A DNA stretch of 64,000 nt from Candidatus Oxydemutator sp. (GCA_965203445.1 OZ241883.1:992001-1056000); one strand, 5' to 3'; counted from the stretch's first letter, positions 19,214 to 32,000 are shown. Translations and numbers: made by a program. Notes: generated by a model from the letters alone, not told the origin.

Positions 19214-21064
19214 TTGGGGGCTGCATTGTTCAAGGCGCTTAACAGAATCTTCATCTTGCTGGGCAAACGCGGCACGTTGCAGACGGGTGCCGTGTCGCTG
19301 GTGCTTTTGTCCGGCACGTTTTTGCAATTCCTGCCCATTCTGGTGGTGCTGCCCATCATACGCATCATCACCAGGCCGGGCGAGCCGCTTTCTCCGCGCC
19401 TGCTGGAGATCATTCCCGAGGGTTGGCAGGGGTTTATCAACAACCTGCTGACGCAGACGGATTATCAGACGCTGGTTGTCGGCATGGTTTTGTTCGCGGT
19501 GGTCGTGCAGCTGGTGGAGGGGTTTTTCTCTATCTGGTTGAACAATTTCCAGCACTCGTTTTTGTTCAGAAAAAAACTCGGTTTGTCGAAGGAGATGTTC
19601 CGAAGATATCTGGCCACCCCGCGCATCAGCCACCGCGACCCGGTCAACGACATCGAGGACGGCAGCGGCAGCCTCGGTATGATACTGGCAAATATCATGA
19701 GCATATTTCAAAACGGTATTTTATTTATGGCCTCGTTTGCCACGATTGTGTTCCTGTACCCTCTTCCCGGGCTGGCCGGGTTCGTGTTTTTGATAATTAC
19801 CGCGCTGTTTGTGTTGTTGATGTTCAAGCCGATGTTGCAGAACTTTGGCGAGCAAAAAATCAGGAGACTCGAGAAAAGGCGCTATGGCTTGGGTGATGAA
19901 ATGATGGCCATCAAGGAAATCAAGGTGCTCGGTCGTGAGAAGCGTTTTTTCGACAGTTTTGTCGAAAACGCGACGATACGCGAGAGGAATACCCGCATAA
20001 GGGCGGTGATAGACCACTCCTCGGGCGCGATATTTGCGAGCCTGCGTTTTTTGAGTCTGCTCATCGGTTTTTTTGTCGCGTTGTTGCAGGGTTTGTCGAG
20101 CACCGCGCTGGTGTCTTTTCTGTTCGCCTATACCATCGTGATTATGAGGGCGGGCGGATATCTCAGTGCCGTCATCGGCGCCGTAATCGGCATAAAAACC
20201 ACCAGCAGCCGTTTCAATTTGTGCTACGAGACCCTGGAGAAGCTCAAGGTCTCGGAAGTAGAACAAGCCGGTGCGCCGCTGAATTTCCGCGAAAGCATCG
20301 AATTGAAGGAGGCGTCATACCGCTATCCCGCCGCCCGCGGGAGCGCTTTGGAGCAGGTCAGTCTGCGCATCCGCAAGGGAGAATGTATCGGCATCATCGG
20401 TAGAAACGGTTCCGGAAAAACGACGCTGATAGACGTCATAACGGGTTTGGCGCGGCCCAGCGACGGCATGGTGCTGATCGACGGCGTCGAGTTGGCGCCG
20501 GAGAACGTGCGCGACTGGCAAAGACGCATTGGTTACGTGGTGCAGAACCCGCACGTTATAGACAATACGGTGTTCGCCAATATAGCGCTCGGCTTGAATC
20601 CGGAGGAAGTGGACGACAAACGTATGCAGGAAGTCGTCGAAATCACGAAACTCGACGAGGTCGTCCGCGAACTGCCGAACGGTCTGCAAACCGTCGTCGG
20701 GCAGAAAGGTTCGAGGCTTTCGGGAGGCCAGGCGCAACGCTTGGGCATCGCCCGCGCCCTCTACCGCGAGACGGAGATCATCATCCTCGACGAGGCGACA
20801 AAATCCATAGATCCGCAAAACGAGGCCGACATCATAGACAACGTCGCGCACCGGAGGGACGCGAGGACCATCATCATGGTGACGCACAAACCGCAGACCT
20901 TGCGGCGCTGCGACAGGGTGTACGTGCTTGAGGGCGGCCGCATTGCCAGACAGGGAAGCTACCGGGAAGTGGTGGGGGACGACCCCGCGCTGAGACGCGC
21001 CATGCAGGACGATGGTGCGGCGCCCGCGCCCCCGCCCGGTGCCGCTGCCTTGCAGGGCGTCTGA
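19214..21064 (+). CDS. ABC exporter, fused permease/ATPase (PglK/WlaB-like)
   Basis: N-terminal TM helices, GRNGSGKT, LSGGQAQR, IILDEAT, VTH. Confidence 0.85.
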   Translation: MGAALFKALNRIFILLGKRGTLQTGAVSLVLLSGTFLQFLPILVVLPIIRIITRPGEPLSPRLLEIIPEGWQGFINNLLTQTDYQTLVVGMVLFAVVVQLVEGFFSIWLNNFQHSFLFRKKLGLSKEMFRRYLATPRISHRDPVNDIEDGSGSLGMILANIMSIFQNGILFMASFATIVFLYPLPGLAGFVFLIITALFVLLMFKPMLQNFGEQKIRRLEKRRYGLGDEMMAIKEIKVLGREKRFFDSFVENATIRERNTRIRAVIDHSSGAIFASLRFLSLLIGFFVALLQGLSSTALVSFLFAYTIVIMRAGGYLSAVIGAVIGIKTTSSRFNLCYETLEKLKVSEVEQAGAPLNFRESIELKEASYRYPAARGSALEQVSLRIRKGECIGIIGRNGSGKTTLIDVITGLARPSDGMVLIDGVELAPENVRDWQRRIGYVVQNPHVIDNTVFANIALGLNPEEVDDKRMQEVVEITKLDEVVRELPNGLQTVVGQKGSRLSGGQAQRLGIARALYRETEIIILDEATKSIDPQNEADIIDNVAHRRDARTIIMVTHKPQTLRRCDRVYVLEGGRIARQGSYREVVGDDPALRRAMQDDGAAPAPPPGAAALQGV

Positions 21065-21102
21065 TTGACTCTCCCCCCGGATCCCGGCAGGCACAAAAAC
21101 GA

Positions 21103-21549
21103 CTACTTGTCTTTACCGCGTCTGCGCCGCCGCCGGCCTTCGTAGCGCCCGATTCCGCGCACGACTTCGCCGAAAGGCAGCCTCTCGAGATTGCCGAAAC
21201 GAGTCGCGGCGGTGCTGACGAGATCGTGCACGTCGCAGCATTGCCGCTGCTCGAGAACCTCGCGTATTCCCGTCAGGCCGCCGTTTTGCACCTTGATCTC
21301 GTGGCCGTGCGGCAGCAGGCCGGCGTCGGTGCGTCCGAGCGCGAAACGCGCCTTGTCCCTGAGCAGCCGCAGCGCCTCACCGCATTGCCGGTGGTGCGCG
21401 GGCGAGCGGCAGGCGACGCCTTCGCGGTCGGCAAGGTTGAAGCGGTGCGACTGGGCGCAGCGGAACACGCGCGAGTTGAGCGCTTTTTCAAAGTGGCAGC
21501 GTCGCCGGTTGACGACGGCGTAGATGCGCCGGAATTCTTTCTCATCCAT
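21103..21549 (-). CDS. Cys-containing hypothetical protein
   Basis: C.FEKA, C, EGVAC..., LPH..EIKVQ.GGL; last gene of the soe-ugd run. Confidence 0.65.
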   Translation of the reverse strand: MDEKEFRRIYAVVNRRRCHFEKALNSRVFRCAQSHRFNLADREGVACRSPAHHRQCGEALRLLRDKARFALGRTDAGLLPHGHEIKVQNGGLTGIREVLEQRQCCDVHDLVSTAATRFGNLERLPFGEVVRGIGRYEGRRRRRRGKDK

Positions 21550-21588
21550 CGCCCGGTGCCACTTGCGCGCCGGCGGCCCCGGCGCGGC

Positions 21589-21834
21589 TTATTTCTCCCA
21601 TTCCCGCAGAATCGGCGCTTCGCGTTTTGCGGACAGCAGGTCCGCGGCCTCGGTCTCGTCGGCCGCGAACACCATCCTGACGACGCAATCGTCGTCGTCG
21701 CTCTCGTCCGCCGCCAGTTGCGCGCGCAGTCGGCGCGCCTGTAATTTGGCCTCCTGGAAAGCGTCGAAGCGGGTGATGTACTCGAGCGCCGACAAGCCGG
21801 CGCGCTGATGGATTTTGTACAGAAAATACGGCAC
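21589..21834 (-). CDS. Small hypothetical protein
   Basis: 81 aa MPYFLYKI...VRMVFAADE.EA..LL...RE; GTG start 2 bp after the ugd stop. Confidence 0.65.
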   Translation of the reverse strand: MPYFLYKIHQRAGLSALEYITRFDAFQEAKLQARRLRAQLAADESDDDDCVVRMVFAADETEAADLLSAKREAPILREWEK

Positions 21835-21836
21835 GT

Positions 21837-23186
21837 TCAGGTCTCCCGAGGCGTCTTTGGCGTCGGCGCGGGCGGCGCGCCCACCGAATAATAGCGAAAT
21901 CCGATCGCGCGCATGCGCGCGCCGTCGCACAGGTTTCTAAAATCATACACGAGGTCGCCGTCCATCGCGTTCTTGACGCGCCGCCAGTCGAGGGCGCGGA
22001 ACTCGTCCCAGTCGGTGACCAACACCAGCGCGTCGGCGCCCGTGGCCGCGTCCAACGCGTCGTCGCAGTAGCGCGCGCCGGGTGCGACGCGCCGCGCCGC
22101 CGCGCCGCCGGCGGGGTCGTAGGCCGCCACCGAGGCGCCGCCTTGTTGCAGGCCGGCGATCAGGTCGAGGCTGGGCGACGAACGCACGTCGTCGGTGCCG
22201 GGCTTGAAGGTCAGCCCCAACACCGCGACGCTCCTGCCGGACAAGCCACCGAGCGCGTGCGCGACCCTGCCGGCCAGTCCCTTTCTCCTGGCTTCGTTTG
22301 CCCGCACCGCGCTCTCGAGTATCGAGAGCGCGACGCCGTGATCGCGCCCGGCGGCCAACAAGCCGCGCGTGTCCTTCGGAAAGCACGAGCCGCCGTAACC
22401 GGGGCCGGCCCGCAGAAAATCCGCGCCGATGCGCGGATCGAGGCCGATGCCCTGGGCCACGCCGCCTACGTCGAGGCCGAGCGCCTCACACAGATCGGCG
22501 ATCTCGTTGATGAAGCCGAGCTTGGTCGCAAGAAAGGCGTTGGCGCCGTATTTGATCAATTCGGCGCCGGCGGTGCCGGTGTACACGAACGCGACGCCCT
22601 GCTTGTGCAGCGGTTCATACAAAGCGTCCATGACGCGGCGGCCGGCGTCGCCGTCGGCGCCTATGACGACGCGGTGAGGGCGCATGAAATCTCCGACCGC
22701 GGTGCCCTCCCTCAGAAACTCGGGGTTGGCCACCATGTCGAAACGTGCGCCGGCGTCGCCGTTGTGCGCCGCCGCGCGCGCGACGATCTCGCGCAGCGCC
22801 TCGCAGGTCCCGACCGGCACCGTGGACTTCACCGCGACCACCGTGTGATCGCCGAACGCGGGCACCGCGGCCGCGGCCGCGGCCGTCACCATCGCCGCAT
22901 CGGGATAGCCGTCGCTGCCGGGCGGCGTGTCCACCGCGAGCAGGATCACCTGCGCGGCTTTTGCGCGCTCGTTGTGGCAACTGCCGCAAAAGGACAGGCG
23001 TCCGGCACCGACGTTGGCGGCGACCAGCTCGGCGAGACGTGGTTCGTGCACGGGCACGTCGCCGGCGGCGAGGCGGCGCACCTTGTCGGCGTCCTTGTCG
23101 ACGCAGACGACGGTGTTGCCCCACTCGGCGAGGCACGCGCCCGAGACCAGCCCGACGTAACCGGCCCCGACGACGACGACCTTCAT
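21837..23186 (-). CDS. ugd: UDP-glucose/GDP-mannose dehydrogenase family protein
   Basis: GAGYVGL, KSTVPVGT, NPEFLREG, GYGGSCFPKD. Confidence 0.92.
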   Translation of the reverse strand: MKVVVVGAGYVGLVSGACLAEWGNTVVCVDKDADKVRRLAAGDVPVHEPRLAELVAANVGAGRLSFCGSCHNERAKAAQVILLAVDTPPGSDGYPDAAMVTAAAAAAVPAFGDHTVVAVKSTVPVGTCEALREIVARAAAHNGDAGARFDMVANPEFLREGTAVGDFMRPHRVVIGADGDAGRRVMDALYEPLHKQGVAFVYTGTAGAELIKYGANAFLATKLGFINEIADLCEALGLDVGGVAQGIGLDPRIGADFLRAGPGYGGSCFPKDTRGLLAAGRDHGVALSILESAVRANEARRKGLAGRVAHALGGLSGRSVAVLGLTFKPGTDDVRSSPSLDLIAGLQQGGASVAAYDPAGGAAARRVAPGARYCDDALDAATGADALVLVTDWDEFRALDWRRVKNAMDGDLVYDFRNLCDGARMRAIGFRYYSVGAPPAPTPKTPRET

Positions 23187-23187
23187 G

Positions 23188-24138
23188 TCAGGTACGTTGC
23201 GCGCCGTGGTACAGATTGACGACGTGGCGCGCTTCGGCGAAGAACAACCAGCGCTCGATAAAGATGCCGGCGACGGACGACAGCAGCGCGAACAAGGCGA
23301 CGGGCCAGTGCGCCGCCCGCGCCAGGGCGATGGTGATCAGCAGCGCCGGCAGCGCGAAGCCGAACACGAACACCAGCCGGCGCAGTAGCGCGCTTTGTTC
23401 CCGCGCCAGGCGGTAGCCGAACTCCTCGGTCAGGAAGGTTCCGGCGCCGTGGCCCACGTCGAGCAGGCGCACGGTCGCGCGCGTGAAGCCGGTCGCGGTG
23501 TTGATCGTGGGGCCTTGCGCCGCGCGCTGCGCGGGCGAGGTCCACGCATAGTAGATGAGTTTCATCAGCGCCGCGAGCGCCAGCAGGCCGAGCGCGATCT
23601 CGAACTCGTAGGCCGAAACGCCGGCGCCGGCAAGGTCCTCAATCGTCAGCAGCAACAGGTGGCCGGGCACCAGCGACAACAGGATGTAGTTGGCCGGCGT
23701 CAGCGGCGTGTGCCACTGGCGGATGGTCTTGAGGCAGGCGTAGATCATGCCGGTCGAGAAGATCGTCGCCAGCGCGGCGCCGCCGGTCAGCAGCGACGCC
23801 AGCACCCACAGCGGGTTCGCAAGGTCGTTGCCCTGCGTCCACCACAGCGCCGCGTACGCCAGCGCCAGCGGATAGAAGGTGACCGCGAGCACGCCCTCGC
23901 GCGCGAGCCACGAAGTCTTGAAACGGCTGAACGCGCGCCACGCGTTCCTCGGATTGGCAAGATGGAAGGTCGAGGAGACGAGGCCCACCGTGATCAATAC
24001 GAGACCGGTTATGCAGGCGGCCGCGGCCGTGTCCGCGGACGGTCTTCCGAACAGGCCGGCGACCGACAACACGATGAACAGACCGAAGCCGGTGCCGGAG
24101 ACGACCGTGAAAAAAATGATGGACAGGGCCGGCTGCAT
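23188..24138 (-). CDS. soeC: Sulfite dehydrogenase membrane anchor (DmsC-like)
   Basis: MQPALSIIFFT, HLANPRNAWRAFS..SWLARE, ERWLFFAEARH. Confidence 0.88.
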   Translation of the reverse strand: MQPALSIIFFTVVSGTGFGLFIVLSVAGLFGRPSADTAAAACITGLVLITVGLVSSTFHLANPRNAWRAFSRFKTSWLAREGVLAVTFYPLALAYAALWWTQGNDLANPLWVLASLLTGGAALATIFSTGMIYACLKTIRQWHTPLTPANYILLSLVPGHLLLLTIEDLAGAGVSAYEFEIALGLLALAALMKLIYYAWTSPAQRAAQGPTINTATGFTRATVRLLDVGHGAGTFLTEEFGYRLAREQSALLRRLVFVFGFALPALLITIALARAAHWPVALFALLSSVAGIFIERWLFFAEARHVVNLYHGAQRT

Positions 24139-24169
24139 GGCTGCGCGTAGCGAGGGCGGGTCGGTCGGC

Positions 24170-24889
24170 CTATCGTGTCACGGCGCGGTTGACCCAGTTT
24201 TTGACTCTGGCCGCCAGGCTCTGGCCGTCGTCCGCAAGTTCGGGCTTGGGCGGCGCATCGTGCGCCGGCGCCTTTGCGGTCTCGCGCGGACGCAGGTAGA
24301 TGTTGGTCGGGTTGTAGCCGAGTTCCGGCATCAACTGCTCGCCGCCGCGCTCGCGCACCAGCGTCGCGACTTCGGATTGCGGATCGTCGAGGTCGCCGAA
24401 GAAGCGGGCGTGGGTCGGGCACGTCATCACGCAGGCCGGCTGGCGCTCTTGCTCCGGCAGTTCGTCGTCGTAGATGCGGTCCACGCACAGCGTGCATTTT
24501 TTCATCACGCCGTCCTCGCGGTCGAGTTCGCGCGCGCCGTACGGGCACGCCCACGCGCAGTAGTTGCAGCCCATGCACTTGTCCTGGTCGACGAGCACGA
24601 TGCCGTCCTCGGGGCGCTTGTACGACGCGCCGGTCGGACACACGGTGACGCAGTCGGCGTCCTCGCAGTGCATGCACGACATCGGGAAATGCACGGTCTT
24701 GTTGACCGGATAGTCGCCCACCTCGTAGTGACGGATGCGGTTGAACCAGACGCCGGACGGGTCTTTGCCGAACGGCCGGTAATCGGACAACGGCCCGGTG
24801 GTGCCGGACGTGTTCCACTGTTTGCACGCGACCGCGCAGGCGTTGCAGCCGACGCAAACGTCGAGGTCTATGACCAGCCCCAGTTTCAT
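24170..24889 (-). CDS. soeB: Sulfite dehydrogenase 4Fe-4S subunit
   Basis: LVIDLDVCVGC.AC..ACKQWNT, four Fe-S Cys clusters. Confidence 0.88.
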   Translation of the reverse strand: MKLGLVIDLDVCVGCNACAVACKQWNTSGTTGPLSDYRPFGKDPSGVWFNRIRHYEVGDYPVNKTVHFPMSCMHCEDADCVTVCPTGASYKRPEDGIVLVDQDKCMGCNYCAWACPYGARELDREDGVMKKCTLCVDRIYDDELPEQERQPACVMTCPTHARFFGDLDDPQSEVATLVRERGGEQLMPELGYNPTNIYLRPRETAKAPAHDAPPKPELADDGQSLAARVKNWVNRAVTR

Positions 24890-27846
24890 GCGCCTCTCCT
24901 CAGGACGTCGCGGAACGCGCGCCTGAGATTGACCGCGCGGTGCGTCTGGTAGCGCAGCGGCGGCGCGTCTTGGGCCGCGGCGGCGGCGCCGGCGGCGCGC
25001 CCGAACAGCGGCCACGTACGGTTTTCATCGTCGCCGGCCGGGGTGATTTTGACGCGCAGATCGTACCACGCCGCCTGGCCGGTGATCGGATCCGAATTGG
25101 TGACGGCGGGCGCGTCGCCGTCGGTGGACGGATCGCGCGGCAGCAGCTCGCCGATCAGGTGGTTCATCAGAAAGCCCTGGTTCGATTCGTTGGCGTCGGC
25201 GGACAGCCCCCAGGTGCCGCGCTCCTTGCCGATCGCGTTCCACGTCCACACGGTGTCTTCCTGCACGCCCTCCATCCATTGCACGCGCACGCGCACCTTG
25301 CCGTTGTGCGACTCCATCCATACCCACGAACCGTCGGCGATGCCCATGCGCTCGGCCTGGGCGCGGTTCATGTAGAGGCGGTTCTGGGTGTGTATCTGGC
25401 GCAGCCACGCGTTTTGCGAATCCCACGAGTGGTACATCGCCATCGGGCGTTGCGTGATCGCGTAAAACGGGTACTCGTCGCCGCTGGTCAGCGATTGTTC
25501 GAGCGGCCGGTAATAGAACGGCAGCGGCTCGAAGAACGCGCGGATGCGCGCGCGCTGGTATTCGTGCGGCGGCTGCGGGCCGTCGTACAGGCCTTGCGCC
25601 GCGAGCCGGAATTTTTGCAGCGGTTCGGAATACAGTTCGAGCACAATCGGATCGTCGCAGGCGTTGAAGCCGGCTTCCTTGGCGAACGCAAGGTAGTCCT
25701 TGTTGGCGAAGCGGTAAAAGCGCATATGGGGCGGCAATTCGTGGCGGAAGAAACAGCCGTTCTCGATGTATCGCTCCCATTGCCTCGGGTTCGGCGCGCC
25801 GCGCAGCGGGGTGTCGCCGTCCGCGCCACGCCAGCCGGCGAGGAAGCCGATACCCGGCGCCTTCTCGAAGCGCACGACGAAATCCTTGTAGTCCTTGTAC
25901 TTGGGGCTGCCGTCGTCGTTGACAAACGCCGGAAAGCGCAGGCGCGCGGCCAACTCGACCATGACCTCCTGCCACGGGCGCGCGTTGCGGTCGGGCGCCA
26001 TCACCGGCGCGCGGATCGAGTCGCACACGGCGTCGGGTTCGGAAATCGGGCGGTCGAGCAGCGAGATCGTATCGTAGCGTTCGAGATAGGTCGTATCCGG
26101 CAGCACCAGGTCGGCGAAGCGCACCATCTCGGAATCGAAGGCGTCAATCACGACCAGGAACGGGATCTTGTATTCGCCGCCCGCGTCCTTCGCCTTCAGC
26201 ATCTCGCGCACCTTGGCGGTGTTCATCGTCGAGTTCCAACTCATATTGGCCATGAACATCATCAGCGTGTCCACGGGATAGGGGTCGCCGTTGACCGCGT
26301 TGGTGATGACCATGTGCATCAGTCCGTGGTTGGCGAGCGGCGCGTCCCACGAGTAGGCCTTGTCTATGCGCAGCGGATTGCCGCGCGCGTCCACCGCCAA
26401 GTCCTCGGGCGCGGTCGGGAAGCCGAGCGGCGGCGCCGCCAGCGGCTTGCCCGCGGCGGTTGCGGTCGCCGGCTTCAGCGGCGGCGGGATATGGCGCGGG
26501 AACGGCGCTTTCGCGCGGTGGCCGCCGGGGCAGTCAATCGCGCCCAACAGTATCTGCAACAGATGGATCGCGCGGCAGGTCTGAAAACCGTTCGAGTGCG
26601 CCGATATGCCGCGCATCGCGTGCATCGAGACCGGACGCCCGACAAAACGGTCGTGTTTGCGCCCGGCGGAATCGGTCCACTCGCACGCCACCTCTATCGT
26701 CTCCTTGAACGCGACGTGCGCGATTTCGAGCGCCAGACGCTCGATGACGTCGGCGCCGATGCCGCATACTTTGGCCGCGTTTGCGGGCGCGTAGCACGGA
26801 TCGAGGTATTTCTCGGCGAGCAGCGTGAACACGGTTTTGGCGGTCTCGCCGTCGGGCGTGCGATATTCGCCGAACAGCGCCGGTCGCGTGCCGGTCGCGG
26901 TGCCGTCTGCGAGCGCGCCGCTCGCAAGGTCGTGAATCTGCGGACGACCCTCGGGGTCGCGGCAGATCAGCCCGTCGCCTTTCTCGCCGGGCTTTTGCAG
27001 CACCAGATAGGGCGCGTTGGTGTAGCGCACGAGGAATTCCCAATCGAACAGCTCGCGCGCGAGCAGCACGTGGATCATCGAGAGCGCCAGCATCGCGTCG
27101 GTGCCGGGCTTGATCGGCAGCCACTCGTCGGCGATGGCCTGGTAGCCGGTGCGCACCGGGTTGATCGCGACGAACTTGCCGCCGCGCCGCTTCAGCTTTT
27201 CCAGCCCGATCTTGATCGGATTGGACGAGTGATCCTCGGCCACGCCCCACAGCAGAAAGTATCTGGTGCGCTCCCAGTCCGGGTCGCCGAACTCCCAGAA
27301 CGAATGGCCGAGTGTGTACAGCCCCGCCGCCGCCATGTTGACCGAGCAGAAGCCGCCGTGCGCGGCCCAGTTGACGGTGCCGAACTGCTGCGCCCACAGC
27401 CCGGTGAGCGCCTGCATCTGGTCGCGCCCGGTAAAGTAGGCGAGCTTGGTCGGGTCGGTGGCGCGGATTTTCTCCAGGCGCGCGACGAGGAGGTCGAGCG
27501 CGCGCTCCCACGAAATCTCCTCGAACTCGCCGGCGCCGCGCTCGGCGCCGGGCTTGCGCAACAGCGGGCTTTTCAGTTTCGCCGGCGACATCTGCTTCAT
27601 GATGCCGGCGTTGCCCTTCGCGCACAGCACGCCGCGGTTGATCGGATGGTCGGGATTGCCCTGGATGAAGCGGATTTTGTCGTCCTCGAGCGTGACCTTG
27701 ATACCGCAGCGGCACGCGCACATGTAGCAGGTGGTGTATTTGACTTCCTGCGCCGCGTGATCCTCGAAGCGCGGCAGAGCGGCGCCTTCGTTGGCGCTGT
27801 CCGGCGTCGTTTCGGGCCTCGCTTCGGGTTTGGCCGGCAGCGGCAT
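24886..27846 (-). CDS. soeA: Sulfite dehydrogenase molybdopterin subunit
   Basis: TTCYMCACRCGI, NWAAHGGFCSVNMAA, MYHSWDSQNAWLRQI; no Tat signal seen. Confidence 0.9.
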   Translation of the reverse strand: MPLPAKPEARPETTPDSANEGAALPRFEDHAAQEVKYTTCYMCACRCGIKVTLEDDKIRFIQGNPDHPINRGVLCAKGNAGIMKQMSPAKLKSPLLRKPGAERGAGEFEEISWERALDLLVARLEKIRATDPTKLAYFTGRDQMQALTGLWAQQFGTVNWAAHGGFCSVNMAAAGLYTLGHSFWEFGDPDWERTRYFLLWGVAEDHSSNPIKIGLEKLKRRGGKFVAINPVRTGYQAIADEWLPIKPGTDAMLALSMIHVLLARELFDWEFLVRYTNAPYLVLQKPGEKGDGLICRDPEGRPQIHDLASGALADGTATGTRPALFGEYRTPDGETAKTVFTLLAEKYLDPCYAPANAAKVCGIGADVIERLALEIAHVAFKETIEVACEWTDSAGRKHDRFVGRPVSMHAMRGISAHSNGFQTCRAIHLLQILLGAIDCPGGHRAKAPFPRHIPPPLKPATATAAGKPLAAPPLGFPTAPEDLAVDARGNPLRIDKAYSWDAPLANHGLMHMVITNAVNGDPYPVDTLMMFMANMSWNSTMNTAKVREMLKAKDAGGEYKIPFLVVIDAFDSEMVRFADLVLPDTTYLERYDTISLLDRPISEPDAVCDSIRAPVMAPDRNARPWQEVMVELAARLRFPAFVNDDGSPKYKDYKDFVVRFEKAPGIGFLAGWRGADGDTPLRGAPNPRQWERYIENGCFFRHELPPHMRFYRFANKDYLAFAKEAGFNACDDPIVLELYSEPLQKFRLAAQGLYDGPQPPHEYQRARIRAFFEPLPFYYRPLEQSLTSGDEYPFYAITQRPMAMYHSWDSQNAWLRQIHTQNRLYMNRAQAERMGIADGSWVWMESHNGKVRVRVQWMEGVQEDTVWTWNAIGKERGTWGLSADANESNQGFLMNHLIGELLPRDPSTDGDAPAVTNSDPITGQAAWYDLRVKITPAGDDENRTWPLFGRAAGAAAAAQDAPPLRYQTHRAVNLRRAFRDVLRRGA

Positions 27847-27942
27847 CTGTTTCGGTCGCGTGTTTCTGGTCGTCGGAGGGATGAAAGGTGCAGTGTACAA
27901 CAAAAGCCCGGTGGCTTCTATGTATAGAAGCCTCCAAAAGCA

Positions 27943-29808
<1,866 letters not shown>

Positions 29809-30003
29809 GGCGCTATGGTCGGGTATCGGTTGCCGGGATGACGGGGCGATGGGCTGAAATTCAGTGTACAACAGAAGCGCCGCGTCTACTATATTTATGC
29901 CTTCACTGTTATTCTGATTATAATTGGTCGGTGCGTCGCCGCCGGGCAACCCGTCCTCGATGTACCTGCTGTAAAAAACAAAATCATAACCAGAATATGG
30001 ATT

Positions 30004-31212
30004 TTGATAGTGCTTATTTCTGAACTTCGAGAGATACTGGCCCAGCCTGAGAACTCCAGGGTGGAGTTCAAGTCTGCCGTCAATGCCGAGAATCTTGCGA
30101 AATCAATCGTTGGTTTTGCCAATACGCACGGCGGCAAACTGTTCATCGGCGTCAACGATGACCGTACCATTTGCGGCATTGACAGGGATGACATGCAAAC
30201 CTGGGTGATGGATACGGTAATCAGGCGTTACATCCATCCTTCCATTATTCCCGCCTACGAAGAGGTCAATATTGACGGCAGGCGGGTTGTGGCCATAGAA
30301 GTGCCGCAGGGCGCCTATAAGCCCTACGTCGTGAGAAGAAGCGACAGGGAAGATATATACATCCGATTCGGCGACACGACGCAACTGGCATCGCGCGAAC
30401 AAATTGCGCGTCTGTTCGAGAGCGGCGGGCTTATTTCCGTGGAGAAATTGCCGGTATCGCATAATTGCCGTGAGGATGAACTGGATATGCGTCTTATAAA
30501 AGACTATTTCTCGAACATTCTTGGAGAGGAGGACGTCGGCGATCTGGAGGTTCTTCTCTACAGCAGGGACCTCATGGTACGCCCCGACGAACGCGCCCCG
30601 CTTGTCTGCACGTACGCCGGCCAGCTTCTTTTTGGCAAAAAGCCTCGCAGATGGCTGCCGCAGGCGGGTATCCGCCTGGTGATATTCGGGGGCGAGGATA
30701 AGGATTCTTTTCCAGTGTTGGATGGCGTGCTGGACCAGGCTTTTGTCGGTTTCAGGGGAAGAAGCGATCGCAAGGAGCTCCAACAACCGTCATTGCCCGG
30801 CAGGTTATTGCACTATATGAAACTGCACGCCTATAAAGAACAGGTAACGGATATGCAAAGGGAGAGACACTGGGATTACCCCGTTGACGTTATCCGCGAA
30901 CTGGTGGTCAATGCATATGCGCATAGAGACTGGACCAAGAACGCCGACGTCGAGATCGGCGTGTATGCAAACCGCATGGAAGTAATCAGCCCGGGCGCCC
31001 TCCCGAACGGCTGCACCGTCGAAAAGGTAAAGGCGGGATTGCGCGTTCCGAGAAACTCCAACATGGTAAATATATTGCGCGACTACGGTTTCATGGAGCA
31101 TTTGGGGACGGGCATACGCCGCAAGGTGATTCCGTTGATGAAGGAACACAATGGCACCGAACCTGAGTTCGAAGCGACCGAGGATTATTTCAAGGTAACC
31201 CTGTGGCAGTGA
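30004..31212 (+). CDS. AlbA_2 (Schlafen-like) plus HATPase_c_4 domain protein
   Basis: [49 protein letters not shown]. Confidence 0.85.
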   Translation: MIVLISELREILAQPENSRVEFKSAVNAENLAKSIVGFANTHGGKLFIGVNDDRTICGIDRDDMQTWVMDTVIRRYIHPSIIPAYEEVNIDGRRVVAIEVPQGAYKPYVVRRSDREDIYIRFGDTTQLASREQIARLFESGGLISVEKLPVSHNCREDELDMRLIKDYFSNILGEEDVGDLEVLLYSRDLMVRPDERAPLVCTYAGQLLFGKKPRRWLPQAGIRLVIFGGEDKDSFPVLDGVLDQAFVGFRGRSDRKELQQPSLPGRLLHYMKLHAYKEQVTDMQRERHWDYPVDVIRELVVNAYAHRDWTKNADVEIGVYANRMEVISPGALPNGCTVEKVKAGLRVPRNSNMVNILRDYGFMEHLGTGIRRKVIPLMKEHNGTEPEFEATEDYFKVTLWQ

Positions 31213-31249
31213 CCCGAGAATCTTCCGTCGAAGTCTTTGCGATCCTGGC

Positions 31250-31936
31250 TTGCGAGATTAGAAGACGTGGTTCTTGTATCCTTAGTGCGCTTAGTCTTGC
31301 TTTATTGTGCGGCGCGCGTCCGCGTCCTTATGCCGCCGCTTCGCCTCGCTCTATCCCGCCGGTGTCTCGCCCGCCTTTATCGTCGCGTTCTCGTTGTGGC
31401 TGTCGCGTTGCCTGGGCGCCGACACCAAGGCCACATCTACCATCCGCCCACGACGCGCCGCAAGGCCTGCCGCGTCTATCTGCGACAGCAACTCATCGAA
31501 CAGTTTCTTCATCAGGTCGCGCTTCTTCAAACGCTCCCGGAACACCCGTATCGTCTTTGCGTCCGGCACCCGTCCCTCCGGCGGCAAACCCAAAAAACGA
31601 CAAAAACTGCGGCGGTCGCGGATCTGAAACTCCGTTTGCTCATCCGACAGATTGTAGAGATGCTGCAATACCAGCACTTTGAACATCAAGACCGCATCGA
31701 AGGGCGGACGCCCGCCCTTGCCCACCACCCGCTTCTTGTATACCCCGGTCAGCAGCGGACGAAATTTTTCCCAGGCAATGGAGCGTTCCAATTTGGGCAG
31801 CGGATCGCCCAGTCTTTCAAGCACCCTGAGACGGTCTTCATGGTTGAAAAGCCGGGTTGCATCAGAGCGACCTCCGAGTCAAAGCAATGGCGGGAACTTC
31901 AATGATAACTGATAAAGGGGTCTTTTATAGATTCTC
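31250..31936 (-). mobile_element. Degenerate IS5-family element (transposase pseudogene with one terminal repeat)
   Basis: GGRPPFD..LMFKVLVLQ.LYNLSD, VPDAKT, GYKNH; frameshift after ATG 31862, several stops from 31351; end sequence GAGAATCTATAAAAGACCCC at 31936; left limit approximate. Confidence 0.85.
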
Positions 31937-31939
31937 TTA

Positions 31940-32000
31940 TACACGTCCGCAGTGCTTGTGCGCACCGGCGCTACTTGGCCAGTACGATGTGACGATTCAC
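31940..32000 (-). pseudogene. Probable HEPN gene N-terminal remnant
   Basis: GTG overlapping the MNT stop reads MNRHIVLAK*RRCAQALRT, then is cut by the IS end. Confidence 0.45.

Noticed and set aside
24940-27927. 995-aa plus-strand ORF and similar long antisense ORFs across the window
   Set aside because: Mirror frames of high-GC genes such as soeA, with no recognisable motifs
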